Source of the DNA: Clostridiaceae bacterium | GTDB taxonomy: Bacteria > Bacillota > Clostridia > Saccharofermentanales > DTU023 | Assembly: GCA_012839385.1 (NCBI GenBank) | Contig: DUNL01000107.1 | Span: 1,593 to 65,592, forward strand | Reading direction: 5' to 3' | DNA: 64,000 nt | Shown here: positions 9,971 to 18,990 of the stretch, one piece after another | How the letters are laid out: the number at the start of each line of letters is the position of its first letter | How positions within the stretch are numbered: position 1 is the stretch's first letter | The notes under the pieces: model-generated | What the model was told of the DNA's origin: nothing | The model's input: only the letters and a program-made list of their open reading frames with translations | Database searches by the model: none | Translations under genes and position numbers: made by a program

Positions 9971-11143
9971 ATGGCAAACAAAAGAATTGTAATTATAGGC
10001 AGTGGAGTGGCCGGTGTCGCTGCCGCGGAGGCTGCGCGCAAGAATGACCCGGACGCGGAAATATTGATTTATTCCGCCGATCCGGATCTACCCTTTTACA
10101 GACTGCGCGTAGCAGAGGTTTTGAAAGACCCCGAGGCTGCAGAAAAACTGTATCTGCATCCGGCGGAATGGTATGAAGAACGCAAGATCAATCTGGTTTC
10201 AGCGACGAATGTAGTAGCATTTGAGTGTCAAGACAAGAAACTGGCTTTAGACAACAATGAGGTAATTGACTGGGATCAGTTGATTATCGCTGCCGGCAGC
10301 AGAAGCTTTATCTTGCCACTCAAAGGTTTTGATCGTGAAAACTGTTTTTCTCTTTGGTCACTGGAGGATGCCAGGGAATTCGCCAAGGCCATCCGTGAGA
10401 AAAATCTCCGGACTTGCGCTATCATTGGTGGCGGCTTACTCGGACTTGAAGCCGCCTGGCAGATTCATCAGGCCGGCTTGAAAGTTAAAATTTTGGAATT
10501 CGCGCCTGCCCTTTTGGCCAGACAGCTTGATGCCCGAGCGTCAGAATTGCTAAAGCAGTATATTGAAAGTTTGGGTATAAGTGTTTTCCTAGGCGCTGAC
10601 TCGCAAGAAATCCTAGGTGAAGGTGAAACCGGCCCAGTAGAAAGTATCATTCTCAAAGATGGTCGCTCCATAGATTGTGACTGTGTTCTGATGTCAGTTG
10701 GCGTACGGGCTAACACGGAAATCGCTTCTAAGGCCGGTCTGGACATTGGCCGTCGTATTAAAGTTGACTCTGAGATGAAGACCTCCTGTCCCGGAGTCTA
10801 CGCGGCAGGAGATGTCTGTGAAGTTGACGACGGTTTCTGGTTCGGATTATGGGCTATTTCTATGAATCAAGGCAAGATTGCCGGCTCCAACGCGACCGGC
10901 GGGAATCTTAAATTTGTTAAAGACATTCCACCCTATATAGTTAACACTATGAATACACGTATTGTTTCTCAAGGTGATTTACCGGCAGAAGAAGGTGAAG
11001 GTTACCGCTTTGAGATTACAGAGAAGGCCGAGACTTACAGTTATAAAAAACTGGTATATAAAGAAGATAAATTGGTTGGTTTTATCTTATTAGGTGACTT
11101 TGCCAACGAAATGATCTCTCTCCAAAAAGCTTTGCAAGAATAG
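9971..11143 (+). CDS. FAD-dependent pyridine nucleotide-disulfide oxidoreductase (NADH:rubredoxin/ferredoxin reductase-like)
   Basis: Two Rossmann GxGxxG motifs (IIGSGVAGVAAA, IIGGGLLGLEAA) and a GD motif (YAAGDV). 390-aa length is typical of NROR-like enzymes. Confidence 0.8.
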   Translation: MANKRIVIIGSGVAGVAAAEAARKNDPDAEILIYSADPDLPFYRLRVAEVLKDPEAAEKLYLHPAEWYEERKINLVSATNVVAFECQDKKLALDNNEVIDWDQLIIAAGSRSFILPLKGFDRENCFSLWSLEDAREFAKAIREKNLRTCAIIGGGLLGLEAAWQIHQAGLKVKILEFAPALLARQLDARASELLKQYIESLGISVFLGADSQEILGEGETGPVESIILKDGRSIDCDCVLMSVGVRANTEIASKAGLDIGRRIKVDSEMKTSCPGVYAAGDVCEVDDGFWFGLWAISMNQGKIAGSNATGGNLKFVKDIPPYIVNTMNTRIVSQGDLPAEEGEGYRFEITEKAETYSYKKLVYKEDKLVGFILLGDFANEMISLQKALQE

Positions 11144-11310
11144 AAAGCAATATTTGTAAAATTTACAAAAGATCGGGTAACAAATGACAGCTGGAGTGAC
11201 CTCTGACAGTTGAACCAAAAACCGGAATCAACTGGAAGGGTCACTCTAACTCGTTCAGTTCCTAGCGCACAACTAGATTTAACAAGGATTGGGGCTGAGG
11301 ATTGGAACAC

Positions 11311-11410
11311 TTAACTTGAGCCACCTTCCCGCGTACGACTGGAAATAAATTTTATATATTGCGCCTAACAGCGGGTTAAGCCCACCTTCCCGCGTACGAC
11401 TGAAAATAAA
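11311..11410. repeat. Two-copy direct repeat with a 21-nt perfect core and 61-bp period
   Basis: ccaccttcccgcgtacgactg occurs at 11321-11341 and again at 11382-11402. Both copies are followed by (g)aaa(a)taaa and preceded by ttaa..g(c). The repeat lies in the convergent spacer between the oxidoreductase gene and cbiP. Confidence 0.85.
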
Positions 11411-11440
11411 CGTTTCCCGCTTCAATAGAGAACAGGAAAA

Positions 11441-12283
11441 CTAAATATTCTCCAGGATATATTGCCAGTCTAATTGCTGTCGTAAAGTAGTGGCCATACG
11501 GTCCAGATCCAGATCTACATCAGCCCAATTGGACGCTCCTACTCGAGGATACAGCGCCGCGTCCTGACTGTCTTCTTCAGGCAAGTTTAATGACATCCAG
11601 GGAATTACTCCTAAGTTGGGGACTTTAGTATGCTCCTCTAATTGTAAAATACCGGGGTCAAGCAAAGATTTATCACCGCGAAATTTATTGATGACTGTGC
11701 CTAATACTCGAGCGCGTTCATCTGCTGTCAATAAGATTAGCGTACCGACCAATTGCGCGAAAACACCGCCACGGTCAATATCGCCAACCAGTATTACTTT
11801 TGAGTCCAGTAATTCTGCCAGACCCATATTAACAATATCGTGAGATCGTAAATTTATTTCAGCCGGGCTACCGGCCCCCTCGATAATAAGAAAATCATTT
11901 TCCTGCGCTAAACTCTCATAGCTAGATAAGATAGTGGGAACCAATTCGCGTTTTAACTTGAAATATTCCGCCGCGCTGTACTGACCACTAATTTCGCCGT
12001 TGAGGATAACTTCCGAGCCGGTATCGCTCAGAGGTCGTAGTAGAATAGGATTCATGCGAACATCCGGGTCTTTACGACAAGCTGTCGCTTGTAGCGCTTG
12101 CGCAGTACTGATTTTCTTGCCGTCCGATAGCCGGCAAGAAAAACGCGACATATTTTGCGATTTAAAGGGCGCGACCCGATAGCCCTCATCGGTCAGCAGA
12201 CGACATAAGCCGGCTGTCAAAAAGCTTTTACCCACGCTGGACATAGTTCCCTGAACCATGATTTTTCTACAGCCTGTATGCAT
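11441..12283 (-). CDS. cbiP: Cobyric acid synthase, synthetase (CobQ/CbiP N-terminal) domain only; glutamine amidotransferase domain absent
   Basis: 280 aa. IMVQGTMSSVGKSFLTAGLC P-loop, APFKSQNMS, EGAGSPAEINL and INKFRGD match CobQ. The protein stops about 45 aa after the LPEEDS hinge, whereas full-length CobQ is about 500 aa. AAGGAG SD before ATG 12283. Confidence 0.8.
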   Translation of the reverse strand: MHTGCRKIMVQGTMSSVGKSFLTAGLCRLLTDEGYRVAPFKSQNMSRFSCRLSDGKKISTAQALQATACRKDPDVRMNPILLRPLSDTGSEVILNGEISGQYSAAEYFKLKRELVPTILSSYESLAQENDFLIIEGAGSPAEINLRSHDIVNMGLAELLDSKVILVGDIDRGGVFAQLVGTLILLTADERARVLGTVINKFRGDKSLLDPGILQLEEHTKVPNLGVIPWMSLNLPEEDSQDAALYPRVGASNWADVDLDLDRMATTLRQQLDWQYILENI

Positions 12284-12309
12284 AATTTACTCCTTTGATA
12301 GCGTTCAGC

Positions 12310-12963
12310 TCATGAGCCGGGATAAAATTCTCTCTTAGTCGTACACTCATACAACAAAGCGTTGACAATAGCGGCCGCTATATTACTACCACCCTTCCTG
12401 CCCCGAGCTACTATAGCCGGCGCGTCCGTCGCCAAAATTTTCTCTTTAGAATACTCGACATTGACGAAGCCGACCGGTACAGCTATCACAAGTTGAGGAT
12501 CAATTTCCCCGTTCTCTATAGCCTCTGCCAGCCGGATAAGCGCGGTGGGCGCGTTACCTATAGCAAAGATCAGTTTTCTATCTAGTGTGAGAGCTTTTTC
12601 TATGCTGGCGACAGCCCGCGTAGTACCTTTTTCTTTGGCCGCCGCGCTGACATCGGGATCAGCTATAAAGCAAAGAGCTTCTCCGCCCAGTTCAGCTAAT
12701 AATCTTTTGTTAATTCCCGCTTTAACCATATTGGTGTCAGTAATGATTACCGCTCCGTCACGGATGGCTTTTTTGCCTTTAGTTATCGCTTCATGAGTGA
12801 AGACCAGATTGTCGGCATAATCAAAATCAGCGCTGGTATGGATAACACGCATAATAATCGGCGCCAATTCAGGATCCAGTGGTCTCGCCAGCTCACTGGC
12901 AATTATCTCAAAACTTCGTTCTTCAATTTCAGAGGGTTTAATCTCTATCCATTCAGATTTCAT
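12310..12963 (-). CDS. cbiC: Cobalt-precorrin-8 methylmutase
   Basis: 217 aa. VIHTSADFDY and GNAPTAL motifs of CbiC/CobH. Confidence 0.9.
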   Translation of the reverse strand: MKSEWIEIKPSEIEERSFEIIASELARPLDPELAPIIMRVIHTSADFDYADNLVFTHEAITKGKKAIRDGAVIITDTNMVKAGINKRLLAELGGEALCFIADPDVSAAAKEKGTTRAVASIEKALTLDRKLIFAIGNAPTALIRLAEAIENGEIDPQLVIAVPVGFVNVEYSKEKILATDAPAIVARGRKGGSNIAAAIVNALLYECTTKREFYPGS

Positions 12964-14353
12964 TTAGTTCTCCCTTCATATATAGGCCGGCGGCAGCGAC
13001 AAAGCGCTCCGCTATTTTAGGCTGTGACAAATAATACAGATATGGCCGCCCGGCAAATATATTGTCGCGCGCCAGCATAGTTTTATATTTTCTGCCGCTA
13101 GACTCACGTTCAGCCTCTAAATCAGCGCCGGAAAAGGTTGACTCAATATAAGAGAATTCATGCGCTCTGACTTGCTCACCGGCTTTTAGTAAAAAATTGT
13201 CCTCTTGAGCTCTGAGATTTATATAACCGAAGTGAGCCAATCTGTCGCCGGTTCGATTCTGACCCTCAAGATACCCCACCATAGATTTACTATTTAAGGT
13301 CTGCTGCAGATAGAAGAAACCGCCTCCCTCAGCGATAGTGGGGGCTCCTCCGGCGATAAGTAATCTGATACTATCTTTCATCCGGACATTGTCGGCCAGT
13401 TCCGCGGCGAAAACATCTTGATAACCTCCGGACAAGTATAGTCCATAGATTCCTGGTGGCAGTTCTTTATCTTTGAGAGGTGAGAAAAAGATCAATTCCG
13501 CGCCCGCCCGCTCCAAGAGATCAATATTTTCCTGATATTGAAAAGCAAAAGCTTTGTCTCTAGCTACCGCGATACGTATACCCCTCTTCTGCGTAGTTTC
13601 TGTGGTCTTTTGATTTGTGTTTTGGGGAGATGCTTCTTTATAACCCGCTACATTAAGTAATAGATCCAGATCAATATTCTCTCTGGCCAGCTCCCCAAGA
13701 CATAAGAGCTTATCCTGAAGTCCTTTTATCTCAGCAGCGGGTACCAAACCAAGCTGTCGATCTTCTAACACCGTTTCAGGCAGATAAGGTAAAGTGCCGG
13801 CATAGAGCAAGCCCATATCTTCAATTAAAGGCTTAAAATAATCCCCCAACTCCTTGCTAATTCCGTTAAGGATTATGGCTTTAACAGCTGATGGTTGACG
13901 ATACTCAACAAAGCCCTTAATAACTGCCGCTATCGATGTACTCATGCCTTTAGCGTTTATTACTAAGACAACCGGTAAATCTAATTGCTCGGCGATAGTG
14001 TAATTACTGGCTCTCCCCTCCAGACCGATACCGTCGTAATAACCCATACAGCCTTCGATTATATTAATATCGCCGCTAGCATATTGCTGATAGTGCTTTC
14101 TAAGTCGCGGAGCATCTAAAAAGAAGGCATCTAGATTGTGGCTTGGTATTCCCATAACCTCTCTATGAAACATAGGGTCAATATAATCGGGACCGGCCTT
14201 AAAGGCGGCAACTTTATAATCACCGCTCCAGGCGCTAAGCAGAGCTAAAGTAACTGTTGTTTTGCCACAACCACTACCCGTCCCGCCTATCAGCAGCCCG
14301 GGAGGTAGGATATTTCCCTCTTGCTTATTATTTCTCATCTTAAATCCTCCCAA
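12953..14353 (-). CDS. cbiA: Cobyrinate a,c-diamide synthase (with intact GATase domain)
   Basis: 466 aa. GTGSGCGKTTVT P-loop, C-terminal GATase_3-type region (IAEGGGFFYL), full length. Confidence 0.92.
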   Translation of the reverse strand: MGGFKMRNNKQEGNILPPGLLIGGTGSGCGKTTVTLALLSAWSGDYKVAAFKAGPDYIDPMFHREVMGIPSHNLDAFFLDAPRLRKHYQQYASGDINIIEGCMGYYDGIGLEGRASNYTIAEQLDLPVVLVINAKGMSTSIAAVIKGFVEYRQPSAVKAIILNGISKELGDYFKPLIEDMGLLYAGTLPYLPETVLEDRQLGLVPAAEIKGLQDKLLCLGELARENIDLDLLLNVAGYKEASPQNTNQKTTETTQKRGIRIAVARDKAFAFQYQENIDLLERAGAELIFFSPLKDKELPPGIYGLYLSGGYQDVFAAELADNVRMKDSIRLLIAGGAPTIAEGGGFFYLQQTLNSKSMVGYLEGQNRTGDRLAHFGYINLRAQEDNFLLKAGEQVRAHEFSYIESTFSGADLEAERESSGRKYKTMLARDNIFAGRPYLYYLSQPKIAERFVAAAGLYMKGELNEI

Positions 14354-14363
14354 GAGAAAAAGG

Positions 14364-15563
14364 TCATTCCCGGGACCTCTCCCCTTGATATTTGCCGCTA
14401 ATAATAAAGATGGGATTGTCAGCTACCAACATTCTCGCTCTTGGTCCACTTCCTCTGGCCGACCAAGTCTGAGTCAGCGCCAAATCCAGCCCCCTGGATT
14501 CCAGAGTTTCCATCGCCCGCGTACAACTATCCAATTTGATGGCTGTGATTACGAAATGGCAATTGCTGTTTTTGGCCAATACCGCGTCAATAATCGCGCT
14601 CAGATTGCCCTTGCTGCCACCAATAAAGCAGAGATCCGGCGCCGGCAGGTTCTCCAGCGCTTGAGGAGCTGTACCGGACACAGTCACAACATTACCCAAC
14701 TGAAAATTAAGTATATTTTGCTCGGTCAGATTAATTGCCTCCGCGACATCATCAATGGCATAGACCTTACCTTCATAACAAGCCAGCGCCAGTTCAACCG
14801 TCACAGAGCCCGTACCACAACCGACATCATAACAGACGGCGGTCGGCCAGGGAGATAGCGCCGCCAGAACCTGCGCCCTTACCGGCGCCTTGGTCATAGG
14901 AATATCTCCTCGTACAAATTCTTGATCAGGGATGCCAAAACGAACGCGATCACAATAGTCCTCATTCTCAATCCACAAGACAGTCAGGGAAGGACATTCT
15001 CTATCTTTCAGTTCTCTGACAGACATTGTTTCAATTTTCTCTGTAGCTAAACCCAGGTCTGAGCCGACAATAACCTTGAGCTCTCCAAAGCCTGACAATA
15101 CTAGTTGAGCAGCTAGTTCGGCTGTGTTTTGGCCTGTGAGAGCAAAGACCTGAGGCTGTCTTCTTACAGCGTCAATGAGATTTTTCTCTCGCCCATGACA
15201 ACTTATCGTATAGACGTCATGTAGAGGTTTTTTCAAGCGAGCGGCAAAATATGTTAAAGAAGAAATTCCCGGTACTAAGACTATCTCCAGTAGGTCTGAC
15301 AACTGTTCCGTGACTTGACGCGCGGCGCTGTAGAAACCGACATCACCGGAAACAATCAGTACCGGAGAGGTCGCCTTCGTCTCATTAATTGCTTGTAGAA
15401 TATCTTCCGCCCGGAAACAATTCAGGGTACGGTGACTAGTCTCATAGGGGGCGATCATTCGGCCTCCACCCATAATAAGGTCGGATTTATTTATGGCCGC
15501 TTCACCTTCTTTGGTTAGTGTCGCCATCCCCATTCCGGTCCCGACTATGGTAAGTGTTGTCAT
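14364..15563 (-). CDS. cbiET: Cobalt-precorrin-6B/7 methyltransferase-decarboxylase, CbiE-CbiT fusion
   Basis: 399 aa. N-terminal tetrapyrrole methylase (IVGTGMG...VSGDVGFYS) plus a C-terminal SAM methyltransferase (DVGCGTGSVTVE). Confidence 0.9.
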   Translation of the reverse strand: MTTLTIVGTGMGMATLTKEGEAAINKSDLIMGGGRMIAPYETSHRTLNCFRAEDILQAINETKATSPVLIVSGDVGFYSAARQVTEQLSDLLEIVLVPGISSLTYFAARLKKPLHDVYTISCHGREKNLIDAVRRQPQVFALTGQNTAELAAQLVLSGFGELKVIVGSDLGLATEKIETMSVRELKDRECPSLTVLWIENEDYCDRVRFGIPDQEFVRGDIPMTKAPVRAQVLAALSPWPTAVCYDVGCGTGSVTVELALACYEGKVYAIDDVAEAINLTEQNILNFQLGNVVTVSGTAPQALENLPAPDLCFIGGSKGNLSAIIDAVLAKNSNCHFVITAIKLDSCTRAMETLESRGLDLALTQTWSARGSGPRARMLVADNPIFIISGKYQGERSRE

Positions 15564-16384
15564 TGGTAGGCCTCCTTTAGGATTTGCTTGATTTTAGCGC
15601 AAGTTAGCCCCGGATCCGACTGTGGTCTTTTCAGGATTAAAACCTCCAGACCCAACTCTTGAGCCGCGGCTATTTTTTCGTTGAAACCACCTCTGGCTCC
15701 GGCTTCCTTAGTGACTAAAAATCTGTAATCGTCACGTCTGAGGAAAGCCAGATTAAGTTCTCGCGTGAAAGGACCTTGCATCATAATCAAATTGGCGGGC
15801 GAGAAACCTAATTTCAGACATTGAGTCAGACTTGCCACGGAAGGTAAGAGGCGTAGCGTTAATCTTTCCTGATAATTCTCTATCTCTACATAGCGCTCTA
15901 ACATTTTACTACCGGTGGTGACAAAGACTTTCCCCTCATTTTGATTCAGATAGTCAAGTAATGTCTCTATATGCTCAAAGTATCTGACCCCCTGGTAAGT
16001 TCGCGAGGGCGGTCTTTCTACCTTCAGTAATGAAAGACTCTTGCCCGCAGTCGGGCTCATATCTGTCGTTGTCTTGACTTTCACTCGCTGTTCACTATCA
16101 GGGGTTAAATAGCGGTTAACGGCAGCTTTAATATTGGCAGTAACTTGAGTGGCGTAGGGATGCGTCGCGTCAATGATGAAGCGCGGGTGTTCCTCTTTAA
16201 ACAAGCGCAACATATCATCTTCGTTCAGCCTGCCGACCCTGACTTGCAGAAAATCTGTTTCCGACAGCATGTTTTCACCATAACAACTGGCCACCAGCGC
16301 AATTGTCCGTACCGACATCTCACTAAGAAACTGCGCCAATTCTCGACCTTCAGAGGTACCACCGAAAAGCAGGACTTCAGACAT
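15560..16384 (-). CDS. cbiJ: Cobalt-precorrin-6A reductase
   Basis: 274 aa. N-terminal LLFGGTSEGREL and DATHPYA motifs of CbiJ/CobK. Confidence 0.85.
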   Translation of the reverse strand: MSEVLLFGGTSEGRELAQFLSEMSVRTIALVASCYGENMLSETDFLQVRVGRLNEDDMLRLFKEEHPRFIIDATHPYATQVTANIKAAVNRYLTPDSEQRVKVKTTTDMSPTAGKSLSLLKVERPPSRTYQGVRYFEHIETLLDYLNQNEGKVFVTTGSKMLERYVEIENYQERLTLRLLPSVASLTQCLKLGFSPANLIMMQGPFTRELNLAFLRRDDYRFLVTKEAGARGGFNEKIAAAQELGLEVLILKRPQSDPGLTCAKIKQILKEAYQ

Positions 16385-17111
16385 CTTTATATCCTCGAAC
16401 AGTTACCATCTTGTTGTTAATTACTTCCGTGTCACTGTTACCAATAAAAACTGTGGTGAACATATCTACCGACAGATCTCGCAACTGAGACAAAGTGACT
16501 AGCTCATAGCCTTCATTTTCTCTGCCGATCTGGCGAGCCAAACCACAAACAGTTGAAGCTTTCCTGTAGTTAAGTAATATGGCGCAGGCTCTCGCTAAAT
16601 GCGTAGATCGTTTTCTACTACCCGGATTATATAGGCAGATCACAAAATCACCCATACCGGCTGCTCGTAGCCTTTTCTCAATCAGATCCCAAGGGGTGAG
16701 TAGATCTGAGAGACTGATTACGCAGAAGTCGTTGGTCAGCGGTGAGCCCAGGAGAGCTGCCCCACTCATCGCCGCTGATACACCGGGAATTATTTCAATA
16801 TCCTTTACGTCCGGATAGTCAGGAGCCAATTGTAAAATCAAGCCTGCCATACCATACACTCCGGCATCACCACTGCAGATCATAGATACAGTCTTAGTCC
16901 GCGCCGCTCGCAAGGCCAGATGGCATCGTTCCACTTCACTGCCCATCGGAGTGGATAGCAGTTGTTTGTCGTCGTCAAACCAGGATTCGACAAGTTCAAT
17001 ATAACCCTTATAGCCGATAATAACTTCGCTCGCTAACAAGGCTTTCTTGGCTTCGATAGTAAGGCCATCCGTATGACCCGGACCAATACCGACTACAAAT
17101 AACAGTCCCAT
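16377..17111 (-). CDS. cbiH: Cobalt-factor III / precorrin-3B C17-methyltransferase
   Basis: 244 aa. VVGIGPG and SGDAGVYGMAG tetrapyrrole methylase motifs. Confidence 0.9.
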   Translation of the reverse strand: MGLLFVVGIGPGHTDGLTIEAKKALLASEVIIGYKGYIELVESWFDDDKQLLSTPMGSEVERCHLALRAARTKTVSMICSGDAGVYGMAGLILQLAPDYPDVKDIEIIPGVSAAMSGAALLGSPLTNDFCVISLSDLLTPWDLIEKRLRAAGMGDFVICLYNPGSRKRSTHLARACAILLNYRKASTVCGLARQIGRENEGYELVTLSQLRDLSVDMFTTVFIGNSDTEVINNKMVTVRGYKDV

Positions 17112-17119
17112 ATCTCTCC

Positions 17120-18214
17120 TTAAAATCTATACTTTTTATTCGCTTTCGCTACAGCTACGGTCACTCCATTCAGAGCTTTCTTCGGCTGAACTAATATCGC
17201 TTCGGATCCCGCGGCCATAAGAGCGGCTCGTTCACATACATTATCTACACCTGTCACTTCCAGCACAAATTCAGACGGTGAGAAGTTACCGGGAAGACTA
17301 GCCAGCTCCGTCGCCGAGGCTGTCACCAAGGGCCAACCAAACTCGCGGCTAAAGAGCAAGAGTCCTGCCTCATCAGCTTTGAGGTCAATAGAACCTATAT
17401 TGTTGATTGCCGTCAAGGGTATGGCTAGATCAGATAGGACTGAAAATACAGCCTGCTTGATCAAGTCGGTTGCGGTGCCGCGCCTGCAGCCGATCCCTAT
17501 ACTAAAGATTGGCGCTATAAGCTGAAGGGGAATTTGCGGTTCTGTACCTTGGCCATCCATTACTCTCGACTTTACGCCATTTTGATTAGAAGGAGCGGTA
17601 GGAGCGAACAACCGCGAGTCAAGTACAATACTGTCAGCAGCAATCTTCCTTAACGTTTCCGATTTGTATAAATTAGCGCCGACAAATTCATAAGCCACGC
17701 CTACAGGCGGCTTGCCCTCGATCGGCAAGGTAGAAAAGAACTTGATTGTTTTTTGATCCAGCAGGGCGGAAGAGACGCGGACAATAGCCTCCGGATTAAC
17801 AATCCTCAGACCTTCTCTTTGAGCCCAACTATCAACCGCGAAGACACCGCGGCGATCAGTCGCTGTAGTAATCACCGCCCGTGAACCTAGAACTCTCGCT
17901 AAGTCAAGCGCGATCTGATTGGCGCCGCCATAGTGCCCGGAAAGCACAGGAATAATATACTCGGCGTCTTCGTCTAAGCATAGTACAGCGGGATCAGATA
18001 TCTTTTCCCGCGCGTAGGGCGCGATTGCCCGGACACAGATACCCAGAGAACCGATAAAAACTAAAGTATTGCCGGTTTTAAAATTGGCGGCTGTCCAACG
18101 ATCTAAACCACCGCCGGAACAACGGGTCAATTCCGCGTCTAACAGATCCGCGAGTCTCCTGCCCAGTGCTTCACCCCGCGCTGTAAAGGCTATGATCTTA
18201 TAAGCTCCATTCAC
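17120..18214 (-). CDS. cbiG: Cobalt-precorrin-5A hydrolase
   Basis: 364 aa. Three-domain CbiG layout with the C-terminal SIGIGCRRG motif. Confidence 0.85.
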   Translation of the reverse strand: MNGAYKIIAFTARGEALGRRLADLLDAELTRCSGGGLDRWTAANFKTGNTLVFIGSLGICVRAIAPYAREKISDPAVLCLDEDAEYIIPVLSGHYGGANQIALDLARVLGSRAVITTATDRRGVFAVDSWAQREGLRIVNPEAIVRVSSALLDQKTIKFFSTLPIEGKPPVGVAYEFVGANLYKSETLRKIAADSIVLDSRLFAPTAPSNQNGVKSRVMDGQGTEPQIPLQLIAPIFSIGIGCRRGTATDLIKQAVFSVLSDLAIPLTAINNIGSIDLKADEAGLLLFSREFGWPLVTASATELASLPGNFSPSEFVLEVTGVDNVCERAALMAAGSEAILVQPKKALNGVTVAVAKANKKYRF

Positions 18215-18990
18215 TGCCGATCTTTGTCCTCAACTTTCTGATGGGCCGGTCTATATCCTGTGGCAAATTCCGGGGAGTATAATTTGCTGCGCTCATCATC
18301 AGCATCCAGACAGTCGCCAACAATTACTAACGCTGTCTTGGTTATATTTTCTTTTCTCGCCATTTCAGGCAGTTGCCCAACTGTACCTCTCACAATTATC
18401 TCATCCGGCCAAGAAACTTTATAGACGATAGCGGCAGGTGTGTCAGCCTGATAGCCACCCTTGATCAGCTCCGCGGTTAGACGTTCCAGATGACCGGCGC
18501 TGAGGAAAATGACCATTGTCGCTTGGTGAGCGGCCCAGTGGGCAATACTCTCGCGCTCGGGCACATCTGTACGTCCGGCAATTCTGGTAATAACTACCGA
18601 CTGAGAAACATTAGGTAAAGTATATTCCAATTTCAGCGCGGCAGCCGCGGCCAGAAAACTGGAAACGCCCGGGCAGACCTCATATTCTATCTCCGCCTGA
18701 TCTAACAGATCCATCTGCTCTTTGATCGCGCCATAGATACTGGGATCTCCGGTATGGAGTCTGACAGTTGTCAAGTTGCGGCTCTCAGCTTCTTTAATGA
18801 CCTCCATTACTTCTTCCAGAGTCATATAGGCGCTGTTGTGCAGTTCACAACCAGGTGGACATAGTTTAAGTAATTCAGGATTTACCAATGAGCCGGCGTA
18901 AATGCAGACATCACATCGAGACAGCAATTCTTGCCCCCTTACTGTGATTAAATCCTCAGCGCCGCTTCCCGCTCCGACAAAATATACCAT
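18211..18990 (-). CDS. cbiF: Cobalt-precorrin-4 C11-methyltransferase
   Basis: 259 aa. VYFVGAGSG and HTGDPSIYGA motifs. Confidence 0.92.
   Translation of the reverse strand: MVYFVGAGSGAEDLITVRGQELLSRCDVCIYAGSLVNPELLKLCPPGCELHNSAYMTLEEVMEVIKEAESRNLTTVRLHTGDPSIYGAIKEQMDLLDQAEIEYEVCPGVSSFLAAAAALKLEYTLPNVSQSVVITRIAGRTDVPERESIAHWAAHQATMVIFLSAGHLERLTAELIKGGYQADTPAAIVYKVSWPDEIIVRGTVGQLPEMARKENITKTALVIVGDCLDADDERSKLYSPEFATGYRPAHQKVEDKDRQ

Noticed and set aside
11321-11402. Possible CRISPR array or att-site duplication
   Set aside because: There are only two repeat copies, the repeat is 21 nt with a 40-nt spacer, and there are no cas genes or integrase in 64 kb. It is kept as an unexplained repeat, not called CRISPR or a mobile element.
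11144-11440. Remnant of the missing CobQ glutamine-amidotransferase domain, or a B12 riboswitch in the spacer
   Set aside because: The spacer is far too short for a roughly 230-aa domain, and no frame shows GATase-like sequence. No GCCACTG or B12-box motif is present on either strand.
14262-14858. 198-aa plus-strand ORF
   Set aside because: It lies entirely antisense to cbiA/cbiET. The sequence is Pro/Arg/Ser-rich and low-complexity with no recognisable motifs, whereas the opposite strand has unambiguous Cbi motifs. Shadow ORF.
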